NCBI GenBank assembly: GCA_030167865.1
Contig: JALAGF010004545.1
Coordinates: 62,001-117,499 of the forward strand
From: Craspedostauros australis
Taxonomy: Eukaryota
Reading direction: 5' to 3'
Length of the DNA stretch: 55,499 nucleotides
Each line of letters begins with the position of its first letter. The stretch's first letter is position 1. The notes beneath the pieces are model-generated. The model ran no database searches, was not told the DNA's origin, and saw only the letters and a list, made by a program, of their open reading frames with translations. Below, piece by piece: positions 13,262 through 24,965 of the stretch. Both the position numbers and the translations under genes were made by a program.

Positions 13262-15799
13262 CTACTTTTGTTCGAGAAGTTTCTTGAGTTGGTAGGCATC
13301 GGTAGTTTGCATCAATTGGCGAAAGAAGGATGGCTGATTCTTCTTCTGCTTCTCTGGCTTTGGCTGTTGTTCAGGCATGACTTCATCCACTGTCGTTGTT
13401 GGTTCTGGATTGGAGATGGCTTTGTCGTCTTCCTTCGGTTCTTGTTGCGGCTGTTCTTGTGGCGAAACTTCATCAGTCATCTCCTGTTGCGGCTCCTGTT
13501 GCGGCTCCTGTTGTTCCTGCTGTTCTTGTGGCGTAACTTGATCAGTCTTCTTTGATTCCTGTGGTTGTTCTTGTGGCGTAGCCCCATCAGTCGTCGTCTT
13601 CTCCACCTTCAACTCCTCGTGCTGCTGTTGTGGAATTGATGTGGCATTGTCGTTTTCCTTCAAAGTTTCCGTCTGTGACGTCGACACTTCCTGCCTTGGC
13701 TGTTGGACCACATCCACCAATTGCTGATTGTCTGACAGCGAGGTATCGGACAACGCCGTCTCGGGTTCGTCAGCTGTGAGATGGCTGACATCGCTGTGAT
13801 CGAAGGACGTGGTGACGATGGGGACCGCTGGCTGATGATGTTGCACGACGACTGGCGTCTTCTCTGGCGTCACCTTCTCTGGCGTCGTGTGTGGTGTGAT
13901 CGGTGGCGTGTTTTGCGGCGATACGCATCTGCGTTTCTCTGCAACCGGTGTCTTGGATGAGGCGGTGGCATTGTTGACCGTCGTGGCGGTTGTGGATTCT
14001 ACTGTCATCGTCGTTGCCTTCTTCTTCTGCTTGGCCTTGTTCCGCCTGCTACCGCCGAACATGGATCGCAGGTTGCGACGAGATGACTTTGTGTTCTTGA
14101 TTGTCGTCGTCTGGTTCGCTTTTTGCGACGACTCCGGCGTGAGGCCTGTTTGCTGGTACGAGGAGCCGGAGAAAGGCGTTTCGATGGAAGTGTCGGAGAG
14201 GTTGCTCATGTTGTCGATCTGCATGGTGAGCGGATACGGTTGATGCAGGAGCAGTTCGTCATCATCGTCGTTGTTGCGAATGTTGCTGTTGTTGCGGGAG
14301 TGCAGTGACCGCGGTTTGTTTGTGGCCTGCCTATGCTGCGCGTTGATGGCGTACTCCTTGACGAGCTGCTGCTGATGCAATTTACATTGGTTTGTGAGGA
14401 TCTCCACCTGCAGCTGCAGATCATCGGCGCGCTTCGTCTGCTTGTCGACGAGTTCCTGTCGCTCCTGCAGCTGGTGCTGCAACCGCCGTTGGAACTTGAT
14501 GCTGATCTTGAGATCGGACTCCACCGTGCCCAGCGCCTTGAGCCTTGCCGTGAGCATCTGCACCTGGCGTTCGAGGTCGTCGATACGGGATTGCTTGAAC
14601 TCCATGAGGCGCTCGTGATGATCGGAGGCGCGCTCTAGCTTGTGCAGCAGCTCCTCCTGCACGTCGCGCGCCTGCGTGAGCTCTATCTTGCAGATGGCAT
14701 GTTGATCGACCATCTGCGACTGGTGCACGACCATCTGGTTGAGCTGGATCGTGCGATCCTCGGCCTCCAGGATGCACATCTCCATCTGCTGCAGCTGCGA
14801 CATCTTGTTGCGCAGCATCTCCATGCTGCGTTTCATGAGGGCGTCGCGTTTGGACAGCTTGGTCTTTGGCGGTTTGCTGTCATTGCTGCTGCGGCTACGG
14901 TTGCTGCGACTGCGTTTGGGCGATCCTGCCGAAGCTCCTGACGTGGATGACACCGATGCAGCCGAAGACAGTGATGAAGACAGTGATGAGGACATTGAGG
15001 AGGAGGAGGATTGACGCTTGGATAGCGCCATCCTTTGCTGAGCTTCCGTCAGCGGTTCATCCTCCGAAATGACCGCCAGCGGCAGACCCACCGAAGCGGC
15101 CGTGAGCGTGCTGCAGCTGCTGGCACAGTCATCCACGCAGGCATGCTTCGTCATCGTCGTGGCAGACTTGTCCGCATCATCATGATGCTGCCGCCCATCC
15201 TGACGCAACAGAGAATCTTCGAGATCCTGAATCTTGATGAGGCTCTTCTTCATGCGCTCCATGATGGGTCCCACCCGCTTGCGAACCTCCATGCTGCGTG
15301 ACATCTTGCGGCGTTGCCTCTCTTCGGCAGTGTCGATTGATATAGCGGATGCGGAGGACGGCGAAGGAGTTGATGATGATGATGATGATGGAATGGAGCA
15401 CTTCGCACAACCGGATCTGCGAGAATGTGATCGAACGGATGGCTTGATGGGTTGCACAGTGGTCGTTGCCGGTGGTGCTGCTGCCACTGGTGTGAATGCG
15501 GATGCGGAGCTTGCGGACCAGCCTTTGTTCTTGACGCTGCTCTTGACGCTGGTATTGGTTGATGCGTTGGTGTTCACTCTTGTGACTCTTGCGACAGGCC
15601 TTGCTCTTGGTCTTGGTCTTGTGGTAGTCTTTGCAACAGTATTCGCAGTTATCTTTGTCTTTGCATTCGCCCGCGCAAGTATGCTGGCCTTCGCTTCGAT
15701 GTTGGCTTGGATGATGGTCCTTATCTCTGGATGGGTTCGGAGTGCTCTCGCCTCGCTTCGGTTGTCGCATACTCGCACCATCGTCATCATCCTCATCAT
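13262..15799 (-). CDS. Hypothetical low-complexity coiled-coil protein (~845 aa; start uncertain, ORF open to 16060)
   Basis: 932-codon uninterrupted ORF with a central heptad-rich Q/E/L/R segment (MEMLRNKMSQLQQMEMCILEAEDRTIQL...LQLQVEILTNQCK), Ser tracts, and C-terminal TPQEQPQ(Q)E-like repeats. Confidence 0.75.
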   Translation of the reverse strand: MMRMMTMVRVCDNRSEARALRTHPEIRTIIQANIEAKASILARANAKTKITANTVAKTTTRPRPRARPVARVTRVNTNASTNTSVKSSVKNKGWSASSASAFTPVAAAPPATTTVQPIKPSVRSHSRRSGCAKCSIPSSSSSSTPSPSSASAISIDTAEERQRRKMSRSMEVRKRVGPIMERMKKSLIKIQDLEDSLLRQDGRQHHDDADKSATTMTKHACVDDCASSCSTLTAASVGLPLAVISEDEPLTEAQQRMALSKRQSSSSSMSSSLSSSLSSAASVSSTSGASAGSPKRSRSNRSRSSNDSKPPKTKLSKRDALMKRSMEMLRNKMSQLQQMEMCILEAEDRTIQLNQMVVHQSQMVDQHAICKIELTQARDVQEELLHKLERASDHHERLMEFKQSRIDDLERQVQMLTARLKALGTVESDLKISIKFQRRLQHQLQERQELVDKQTKRADDLQLQVEILTNQCKLHQQQLVKEYAINAQHRQATNKPRSLHSRNNSNIRNNDDDDELLLHQPYPLTMQIDNMSNLSDTSIETPFSGSSYQQTGLTPESSQKANQTTTIKNTKSSRRNLRSMFGGSRRNKAKQKKKATTMTVESTTATTVNNATASSKTPVAEKRRCVSPQNTPPITPHTTPEKVTPEKTPVVVQHHQPAVPIVTTSFDHSDVSHLTADEPETALSDTSLSDNQQLVDVVQQPRQEVSTSQTETLKENDNATSIPQQQHEELKVEKTTTDGATPQEQPQESKKTDQVTPQEQQEQQEPQQEPQQEMTDEVSPQEQPQQEPKEDDKAISNPEPTTTVDEVMPEQQPKPEKQKKNQPSFFRQLMQTTDAYQLKKLLEQK

Positions 15800-16546
15800 G
15801 TCCTGTCCGACTGTTGCTTGCCTCTTGGAATTGTACCATTCCATACTCAATCCAGTCTCCCTCTTTGTCCCTCTCTCATGCATGCAAACCCACCCAACGG
15901 CGTGCGGTCCGCAAAAATACTCGCGACACATTGCCGATTTCGTCACACAAAATTGTGGAATGCGTGACCTCGGGACCATTCTTGTCCCACTTTCCGTTGC
16001 GTCATGTTGCCCCAAATTTCTTGGTCTTGGTTCCCGCCAAATCTTTGCCTCCACTTTCACAGTGAGGTTTCAACGCTTTGTAACGGATGGACGAACTGTC
16101 CAGTTGCTTTCGCGCTCCTCTCCGAGCGCGGCGATGCGACAACAGTGTTCGCACTTCCATCCCTTGTGTTCTCGTGTTTGGCCGCGCTTTGCTTTCTTGT
16201 GCGTGGCGATGATTGTTCATTCCATACACGCAATGCGCGTCTGGTGTGATCGCGCCCATGTGATCGATGGTGTGCGTTGTCGCAACGACGCTGTGGGTCA
16301 CCAATCACGGACTCCACTAGAGCTCCAAGATTGCAACGCAATAGTACTACGATATCGCATGAGTATCCTTGTAGTATATGTTTGCGTATGAGGTCTATAT
16401 TTGTTACAATGTGGTGTCATGTGTGCTACTACTGTATAGGGTGGTGCGGGCGCAGCGATCGCCCCGCACCTGGGTGGAGAAAGGTCTGAGCCTCCTGGTG
16501 TGGTTTTGAGAACTGAATGGGGGATGATTTGCGAGTATGTACCGCT

Positions 16547-18127
16547 CTATGCGGAGGCCCCTCGAAGCTTGCGGAATGAAGAAGGCACCGCCTCTGCTGG
16601 CGTGTCGCTGTCGGGCACGCACTGGTCGTCGCAGTGCAGGATGAACGTGTACTGCACGGTTGGGCGTGCAATGTCTTCTGGCTCTGGGTGACAGCAATGC
16701 GGGATGGTGGCATCGTCAGCGACGGCGTCGAAGTCATCATCTGCGATGAACAGATCAACGACAGTGGTGTTCTTGCAGCTCATGCACGAGGCGGTGTACG
16801 TGAACTCATCGGTGGTAAGGACGTCCTCGTTGAGGGCGCAGACATCGGCGTCGAGCCCGTTCTCGTGGTAGACGTAGTACGAGTCGATGCTTGGTGTGGC
16901 CCAGGTGTGCTTGACCTTGAAGGTGACGGACTTGCCGGTCTGCTCGATGATCTCGAATGGGAGCTCGCCGGTCCACGTGGTCTGTCCCTGCTGCTTGATG
17001 AACTTGACGTTGTTCTCGATTGGGCAGTCGCATTGCGGAAGAGGTGGGAGTGGGCAGGTGTCAACTGGGTCGAATGGGTAGTTGTGGAACTCGGTACCCT
17101 GTCTTTCCTGGATGAGGTCACCACCGACGATCACGCGTCCCTGGTGTCCAGGGAAGGAGTAGCGAAGGTCAGATCTTGGAGCAAGGAGGGTTCCCGCGAT
17201 CTGTCCGTTGCCAATGGCGTTGTTACCGAACTCGACGTATTCAGCGTCTGGGAAGTTCCACAAGATGGAGGCTCCGGTGGCTGGGTCGAGCTGGATGCCG
17301 AAATTGCCGTTGGTGTCCAAGAATCCGGCGATGTTGTCCACGAGGGCGACGCGGCGTGGCTCCTGGGGTGTAGGGTCGAAGGCGGCGACGTTGAAGATCA
17401 TGGTCTTGCCGGCAAGGTTGGCGTTGAGGTCTATGACGAAGCCGAAGGCTTCGCCGTTGAGGAAATCCGCGGGGAAGTTGAAGACCTGGAGGCATTCGTC
17501 GTCTCCGGCAGAGAGTCTGTAGTATCCACCAGCTTCGCGGACGAACACTCCGTTGCCTGGGAGGCTGCCGTAGTACTGGGACTTGACGTCGAGCTCGGAC
17601 ATGAGGTTGCTGTATGCGGTGAGGTCGAGGTTGGGGTCATGCACGATGGTGCCTCCCGCGCCGATTTGCCAGCTTCCGCTGCCGACGACCGGTCCCTTGT
17701 GGGTGACGGTTCCGGCTCCGTTAGGTCCTGGGAAGGCGACGATGGAGACGAAGCGCTCGAGGGTGACTGAGCCACCGATGCGAAGGATGTCACCTCCGTT
17801 TGGGAACACGCCAGATCCCTGTCCGACCTGGACGAGGGAGTTGAGGCCGCTGGGCTCGACCACCATGTCACCCAAGATGACCATGGCGCCCTCGACTTCG
17901 GATCCAATGCGGGAGATGAAGTTACCTCCGACGAAGAAGGCAAGGTTGTTGTCGAAGCCGTTGGCGCCAGTGATCCCGTTGGTGAGGGGTGGGTAGGTCA
18001 CGCCATCTGGAGGGGCGATGGCGTCTCCGAGGTTGGCCTCGCAGGTGGAGCCATCCTGTGCTGTGGCCGTGCTCGCGAAGGTGGCCACGATGGCACCGAA
18101 CATGGCTGCGATACCTTGGAACTTCAT
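16547..18127 (-). CDS. Secreted choice-of-anchor-A (CAA) domain protein with a C-terminal Cys-rich domain; diatom adhesive-trail (trailin-like) candidate, 526 aa
   Basis: Signal peptide MKFQGIAAMFGAIVATFASTATA|QD. CAA-type motifs AFFVGGNF, EVEGAMVILGD, ILWNFPDA, GTLLAP, GRVIVGGD, GTEFHNYPF. C-terminal CP...PFEIIEQ...SVTFKV...C...CCHP...YTFILHC domain. Strongly C/G-ending codons, no intron. Confidence 0.85.
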   Translation of the reverse strand: MKFQGIAAMFGAIVATFASTATAQDGSTCEANLGDAIAPPDGVTYPPLTNGITGANGFDNNLAFFVGGNFISRIGSEVEGAMVILGDMVVEPSGLNSLVQVGQGSGVFPNGGDILRIGGSVTLERFVSIVAFPGPNGAGTVTHKGPVVGSGSWQIGAGGTIVHDPNLDLTAYSNLMSELDVKSQYYGSLPGNGVFVREAGGYYRLSAGDDECLQVFNFPADFLNGEAFGFVIDLNANLAGKTMIFNVAAFDPTPQEPRRVALVDNIAGFLDTNGNFGIQLDPATGASILWNFPDAEYVEFGNNAIGNGQIAGTLLAPRSDLRYSFPGHQGRVIVGGDLIQERQGTEFHNYPFDPVDTCPLPPLPQCDCPIENNVKFIKQQGQTTWTGELPFEIIEQTGKSVTFKVKHTWATPSIDSYYVYHENGLDADVCALNEDVLTTDEFTYTASCMSCKNTTVVDLFIADDDFDAVADDATIPHCCHPEPEDIARPTVQYTFILHCDDQCVPDSDTPAEAVPSSFRKLRGASA

Positions 18128-19840
18128 CTTGGGTTTGGGTTGAGTTGAGTGTCTGTGGTTGTGATTGTTGTTGCGCGTTGGTGTGTGCGTGGCTTTGATC
18201 AGGTTTGACCAGCTTTGGTTTTTATGGGTGTTGTGATGGGCGAGAGTGGAGGTTTGGTTTTGGTGCGCATTGTGTGCGAGCAAGAACCGCGGGTCCGTGG
18301 TCGTTTCTGCTTCTCGGTGATGGATGAACCAGTCGCAAAAGGCAGAGAAAGTGGGTTCAGAACGCCTTGTTCTGACATTCCGCAGGGTGCGGACATGGGC
18401 TGCGATCTATGGTGCTCCGCAATGACGGCACCACCACAAGAGCACCAGAATCACAAGCCTCCTCACTCGCAAACACGCGGGCGACTCCTCTCAAAGCGAT
18501 TGTTCATGTGTTCGTCTTCTCTCTTCGTTGGGTGTGCGCCTCAAAATGGTGCGCGTTACGCAGGAAAGCAACAGCCCACCATCGTCCCCTACCAGAATTC
18601 AAGCAAAACGTGAGGGGGCATCACACGGCACCACTTCGCGCTAATTCACATTATCGACAATCCCAAACACAAAATCCATGACCACCCATCACGACTACGC
18701 ACGTTCAAATCTATTGTGTGCAGTTTTGGCGTGTGTCGCTGCGCGGTCCGAGGCAATGACATTGATTCACGCATCCATAAAAGGTGGACACAGCGACGCT
18801 GTGATGAAAACTCGGTTTACGAGTATATATCCCCCCAGTTGTTTCGTATATATGACATGTGACACCCAATGCGCTCTCGCCAATAGATCTGGAGAACTGT
18901 GAACGAAGACCACAGACACAATGGTGTATCCCGAATTCTTTTGTTTCTCGCATACATAATCGCAGATGCGACACTCAATCACCTCGGCTCCATCGAAGAG
19001 AAAGCGGTATCTGTTGCTATTCTACCTATAATCGTGCGAGCGTGGTGTTCGTTCGGCACAAACTATCACTCGATTGAAGCACAAAGACACAAAGAGCAGC
19101 AATCCCAGAAGTGCATGCTACCTGCACTTACCGCGCACGTGTTGACACCACAAATGAGCGATCGACGCAGGTAGTGCAGGCGAAGCGTGATTCTGTTCCG
19201 ATCACATCGACTTTGCCTTTGTACGTCCGTGTGCGGAATTAATCGGTTTCACGCGGACCTGGCTCCTGTTTACACTTGTGGTGGTGCGATACATACTGGC
19301 CTGAGGTGTCGCGGGTCCTGGTGACAACATCACCCTCTTCGCTTGCTCCATGCGGAACAGACATGAAAATTCCTGCACGCTCGCTCTCTTCACCAATGAT
19401 AGTGTGAGTCCCGATGATTCGTGCAAATGGTCCATCCTGATTCGTCAACGCATTAAAGCCACCTCCGCAATGGATCATCAACGAGCGATGTGGTCGTGCA
19501 TGTTTCATTTCTTCGTCGCTCTGAAATAGACTTTCTTTACACAAGCGGTGGAATACAAGAATGCTGTATTTTGTTTAGAAGTTGTTGCAACTTACTCGTA
19601 TGTCTGTCTGTTCGAGTATTGCGTCTGTTTGTCTGCGTCTAGTTGCATTCATGGCTTGCTGTCTGTTGAGAAACTGCACGCGTCGGCACATGCGGAGACA
19701 CATCGCTTCCATCACCAGTGCTCAGCCCAGCACTCCACTCCGTACTCTACTCAGTACGTGTCATGGATGGATGGACGCAGACAATGTTGCTCTATTGTGC
19801 ACCACTCTCATCATACTATACATAGAATGCAAGTGATACC

Positions 19841-21076
19841 CTATGCATATCCCAGCCACATTTGCGCGATTGTGGGCTCCGGGATGGATTGTCGGAGATG
19901 TTGCTGTTGCGATCGTTGCTCCTGCTTGCGTTGTCGTTGCTTTTGTTGCTGCCGTGACGTCTTGGATCTGCTCCGCGATGATGACAACGCAGGCTGACGT
20001 TGGATGGAGGACAGCCAGTTCGTCAGGACGCATTTGGTGCTGCCTTTGTCGAGATGATCCTTCAGGCTCAGCACGGGAACATGCAGGGCATTCGCGAGCT
20101 CGTGCAGCGTCCGGACGGAATCCGAGATGATGATGTGCGTGGCGGTCCTGAAATCGTCGCTGACAACATTGAATCCTTTCCTCACCGCAACACCGCTGAG
20201 AATCTTGATGCGCTGCTTCGACATGTCCTGTCCGAAGGGGCAGAAGTACACAGTGACTTCATGTGCGCACAATGATGCTGATGGCACGGACGCTGATGTT
20301 ATGCGTTCAGGCAAGGCTAGCGAAGCTGATGACGATCTCGCGCATAAGGAGTCTGGGGCGGGTGCTGCTGTTGACGTTGATGCTGGTGCCACAGCTGGAG
20401 CTTCGCTTGTGTTGGCTTGGATTGGAGCCTTGCAAGGTTTTCCCGATTGCATCAATTTGATCCGTGGTTGACGAGGTGCCTCTCTGCGAGCATCACCGTG
20501 CCCATGTTCGTGCTGCAATTCTTGTGTTGGCTTTTTCTCGCGCGCTGTCTGTTCCACTCGCGGTTGTTCCCGTCGTTGGAGTCCACCTTGATCTCTTGGA
20601 TCTCTTATCCGCACGCGCTTTGTCGCTCTTGCAGACTCGCGCTGCGCCATGGGCTGCTGTCCGACCTTCCATGCCACCTTCATGATTCCGCGCTTTGGCC
20701 GCCGTTCCTGCAATGGTGAATCGGGATACGTTCGAGGCGGTGTGCCTGATGCTGTGCGAGATGCAATGGGACCTTCCCTTGGATCTTCACTTGCAATGCG
20801 CTTGTCGCCGTCGCCATCACCGTCTGCGCTATTGCTGCTGTTGCTGTGTTTATCTTGCGTGAAATCCTCGAACGAGGAAAATGATGGCACCGGTGGCCTT
20901 CGTCTGCCTCGTCGTGGAATGATGACCTCGTCCTTGGCTGTCATCGATCCATCCCCCGACGACCAATCAAGACCGCCGTGATCGCTTGCCTCTGCTTCTG
21001 CTAGTTCCACAACATCCTCCCATGCGCTCGCTTGTTGCGGGAGACGCTCCTCCCGTTCAATATCTGCGACCGCCAT
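19841..21076 (-). CDS. Disordered protein with a single C-terminal BRCT-like domain (~411 aa)
   Basis: VYFCPFGQDMSKQRIKILSGVAVRKGFNVV...ATHIII...CVLTNWLSS matches the BRCT pattern (G..V, THII, V...WL) and resembles the N-terminal BRCT of X-family Pol lambda. Start codon uncertain. Confidence 0.65.
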   Translation of the reverse strand: MAVADIEREERLPQQASAWEDVVELAEAEASDHGGLDWSSGDGSMTAKDEVIIPRRGRRRPPVPSFSSFEDFTQDKHSNSSNSADGDGDGDKRIASEDPREGPIASRTASGTPPRTYPDSPLQERRPKRGIMKVAWKVGQQPMAQRESARATKRVRIRDPRDQGGLQRREQPRVEQTAREKKPTQELQHEHGHGDARREAPRQPRIKLMQSGKPCKAPIQANTSEAPAVAPASTSTAAPAPDSLCARSSSASLALPERITSASVPSASLCAHEVTVYFCPFGQDMSKQRIKILSGVAVRKGFNVVSDDFRTATHIIISDSVRTLHELANALHVPVLSLKDHLDKGSTKCVLTNWLSSIQRQPALSSSRSRSKTSRQQQKQRQRKQEQRSQQQHLRQSIPEPTIAQMWLGYA

Positions 21077-24000
21077 TACGAATGCGACCAATCCGCGAGT
21101 ATTGTTCTCGCTACTGCTGTTGCTGCTCGGCCTGCCGAAGTCTTCACTCGCTCATTCGCTTACTTGATGGCTTGTTTGGTCCTTGGCACCTTGTTGAGAT
21201 CATTGGGCATCGACAAACCGAGTCTTCGCACCATCGAGCATCGTCAGTCGAGAATTACGCGAGGCAACGAGTTGTTCTGTTTGTTTTCGTCAATTGTTTT
21301 TGTGGTGATTACGCTTTTGTCGTCGTGCGTTGTTCGATTTGAATGGGTGAGAAATTTCATCGAAACGTCTGATTAACCGCTACAACAACGTCCATTGATT
21401 ATTCGCCAAAATGTTAGCCCAACCGCCTGTAGGCCTCGCGACAACACCAGTTGACTCATTCGACAAAACTATCAAACAATCTTCTCTCTCTTGGGGGGAG
21501 AGTCAGAGAGGTACCGTACGACTGCGAGTCAAGATCACTCCAACATCTCCTTCCATGCACAAGATCAGGATCCAAGGACGAAATCGCAGAACCCGAATAG
21601 GAGTGCGTGGCGACCAAGCAACCACTATGGCAGACTCTGGAGCCAAGGGAGGCGACGGATCACTGAACAAACACCGTGCCGCAGATGTGGAAGTGCGAGT
21701 GCTGTGCGGGTACTCGTGTGGTGATCTTGTTGGGGATGGTGGGAGTGTTGTCTGCTGTGAATATTTCTCCTTTGATGATACCAGCGAACGGTTGGAAGCA
21801 TCGTGCTCGCAGTGCACGTGTCTTGGCGTTGATGGTCTTGGCGTGTGCGGATTCCTCACTTCGTGACTGGCGCCTTCGGTATTTGATATCGCAGCAAGAT
21901 CGCAGCCCACTTCAAATCAGCGCTCGTTTCTTTCACAAACATTGTGTCAAAACAGCTATGTGCTCGTTCGACTGTTGTGCGCCACAGATGCATTGTGCTG
22001 CCCCTTGACGATCGTAACACCAAAGCGTGCCATGGTACCTCGATCCTTCAAATGCTCACTCTCCGCATCACAATCTCACACTTCTTGATTTGGTGATGGA
22101 TTCGTTGTTTGATTCTCTTTCGTGACTTGCTTGCGCTTCCTCCGTTGTTCGTGTTGAGCTCTCTTTTGGCCTCGGTTCGGCATCAACTTCTCTGTCCGTT
22201 TCTCCTTGGGACATCACTCACAATTGCCACAAGCAAGGGAGAGCACCAACTGATTCATCGTGAGGACCATCGTGAATCAAGAATTCGGCCCTTCTTCTTG
22301 GGTACTTGCAGATGATGTTTTTGGATTGAGAACACAACAGAGAAGGAGAACGCGCAGCACTCCAGTTGTCCAACTGGAAGTACGCGCAGTATCTCATGCA
22401 CCCGTAGGGCATGGTGCGCAGAGGTACCAGGACATAGTGTCTTGCCGAACGATCAGACTTCCCACCCGATCAGCCTCGTGGAATGCCAAGATCCAATGAT
22501 ACGCATTCGTGAACGCATCCAACAACAACAACAACTATGTGGATTTATCACATGATGCATCGTCTCACTTTGCGAGCGATCGGAAACCCAAACAGAAATA
22601 GGCGCACATCCATGACGAACAGCAAACGCAGAAGGAAGCAAACTGGTTGGCCTATTTCGTGTGTAGATGACGCAGCCATGGGCGTGTAGTCATCACCTCC
22701 TGAGGCAGCGGTGTTCACTCCAGCACGCGAATCCATGGGAATGATCCCATCCGAAGTCAATAGATGCTCCAACAGGTATATCAATAGCTATGGTAGCCGC
22801 GTGACACGAGGGAACGCATCAAGATGGAAAATGCACAGTGGGCGTTTGCCCCGCGATCTATCAACGAATCACGGGCACTTCGGATTGTACCATACTTCGA
22901 TGCAAACGTGCACTGTTCTGTGTGTCTGCCCGCGTCCTATCCATTGGCATTGGTTGGCAGTATCAAAAGGAGCACCGTGGCACATTTGTCTTTGACTGCA
23001 ATGTTTCTCTTCCTCCCATCATCATGGTTGCCGTCGTCGTCGCCGTAGCCCCCCTGGTTGGTGCCACCGATAGGGTGGTTGCGTACCTTTCTGCACGGTG
23101 CTTGTTCCAACTTCCAACACCCCAATCTAATGCGATGGATGCTCGTTTGTCCAACTGCAACTGACAAGTTCGAACTGAGACTACGGCTACAGCTTCAAGC
23201 GCACCGACATCATCCACCATCAGCAGCAATGGGGGACCGCCACGATGATATTCGCGAGCGTCGCCAGTCTCAGTTCTTGCCCGCGCACCATCCAGGTTGC
23301 CGAACGTCACCGTTGCGAGATGGAGAGGAAGAGGCGGCAACAACGTCACCAGACACAGACCAAGACCAAAACGGAGACACAAACCACCACAACGGTCGCC
23401 ACCACCCCTTCCCTTCATCTATCCTGCCGACACTCCCTGGATACAAAGCGGAGCGGACCACCACTTCGCCAAAGAGAGGCGAAGAGTCTCCGCGTGCGAG
23501 CCATGTACGACAACACGACGGATCTACCACAGAGAACGGCAGGTCGCAGCCGAGAGTGGCGCGCATCATCTGGTCGTAGCTCGCGGTTTTGTGTGCGACA
23601 ATACCCTGTAAGAGTTCTCCACCAGTGACTGGGATGTATCCGTGGACCACTCGTGCGTGATGGGACTGATGCCGGACTATCAGCCATTCCCGCTCTTCAT
23701 CTATCCCATAAGTAGCTTTTGTCGATAGTCGAACAGAAGCGATAGAGAATGAGCGAAGAACAAGCGCAACTATCAGTCGTGCAACCGCGTTGTGAATCAA
23801 AGGTGCTGAAATCGCGACCTGCATCTCAAACCGCTGCAAAATGCCTTCACGCAGATTGATTCGTCCCAGAGCGTTTCTCCGATGTGATGGATCAGGTTGT
23901 CGGCGTTTCTGTGCCTCCCTTCACGCTCGCAAGCGTGTTTCGCTGGGCCTTTGACACCGAAAGCCTGGTGGTCCCACGCGGCACACTGTTGCTGATCATC

Positions 24001-24326
24001 CACCGCCTCACAAGAATTCAAAACGCCTTCCCCAAACCACCGTTGCGGACGCGCAGTCCCACCCACCATGATTTCTCTCCCACAGTTTTTTGACGACTTT
24101 GCTCGTGTTATCGTGACGCGATCGTGCACCATTATGCGCTTGTTGGTCTCGGTAGCCGCAACAACGACAAACAACGCTGCTGAGACAACTTCATCCAGCG
24201 CAACTGCGCCGTTCCCACCTCAGAAATCAAATCCAACTCTTGAACCACAAAACAGAATCATAATTTCATGCAACAGAACAACAAAAGCAAACATCAAATC
24301 ACAAGCAAACAACACAATCCAACACA

Positions 24327-24965
24327 ATGATCACCACAACCAACACCCTCCCCCTCCACAGCACCATCCCAGAACAGCGCCAATCAAACCAACGGCCACT
24401 CGTTCTGCTACTGGTCGCAATGATTCTGGTATCTGGATTCGGATCCATCATCTCGTCCTGGGACTCCTACGTTGTCCAGCAGAAGATGGGACCTTTCATT
24501 CGATCCTCCTCGCCAGCCAACAACGCCAATGCACATGCCAGTGTCAACATCAGCCTCGTCATCGACGATGAGGAGCAGGACATCGCGGACGCCATTTTCT
24601 CTGCACCGACACCAAAACAGCAGCAGCAGCAGCAGCAGAGACATTCCAAGAGGCTCGGCCAGCCAGCCCCCGTCGCATCCGCAACACAAGTTCTCGCTTT
24701 TGCAGAACCCGTTCCACTTCCACAACAACAACAGCAGCAGCAGCAGCAGCAGCAGCAAGGGCAGAGACAATCACATCTCCGAGTTCAGAAAAAGCAAGAA
24801 AGCGCTGCCGATGCCGATACAGACCCCGCCACGGACATTGATGCTGACAACACCAACTCCGACGATGGAGTTCACAGGGTCCCAATCCACAAGGTCGGCC
24901 AGAGAGTGTTCAGCTCCATCCGAAGCTTCAAGGCCCAGCAGCAGTCGCAGACAGCCACCAGCTGA
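24327..24965 (+). CDS. Orphan type II single-pass membrane/secretory protein, poly-Q (212 aa)
   Basis: ATG after a CAA-rich 5' leader; N-proximal TM PLVLLLVAMILVSGFGSII; in-frame (CAG)n tracts. Confidence 0.6.
   Translation: MITTTNTLPLHSTIPEQRQSNQRPLVLLLVAMILVSGFGSIISSWDSYVVQQKMGPFIRSSSPANNANAHASVNISLVIDDEEQDIADAIFSAPTPKQQQQQQQRHSKRLGQPAPVASATQVLAFAEPVPLPQQQQQQQQQQQQGQRQSHLRVQKKQESAADADTDPATDIDADNTNSDDGVHRVPIHKVGQRVFSSIRSFKAQQQSQTATS

Noticed and set aside
15234-16391. 385-aa plus-strand hydrophobic ORF resembling a membrane protein
   Set aside because: Antisense to the K/T/N-rich part of the coiled-coil gene; its hydrophobicity is the codon mirror image.
16634-17770. 378-aa plus-strand ORF
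   Set aside because: Antisense shadow of the CAA gene.
21627-21692. Possible short first exon MADSGAKGGDGSLNKHRAADVE followed by GTGCGA, divergent from the BRCT gene
   Set aside because: No convincing downstream exon could be joined.
23058-23628. Overlapping 127-189-aa ORFs
   Set aside because: Low complexity, competing frames on both strands, and no start or motif support.
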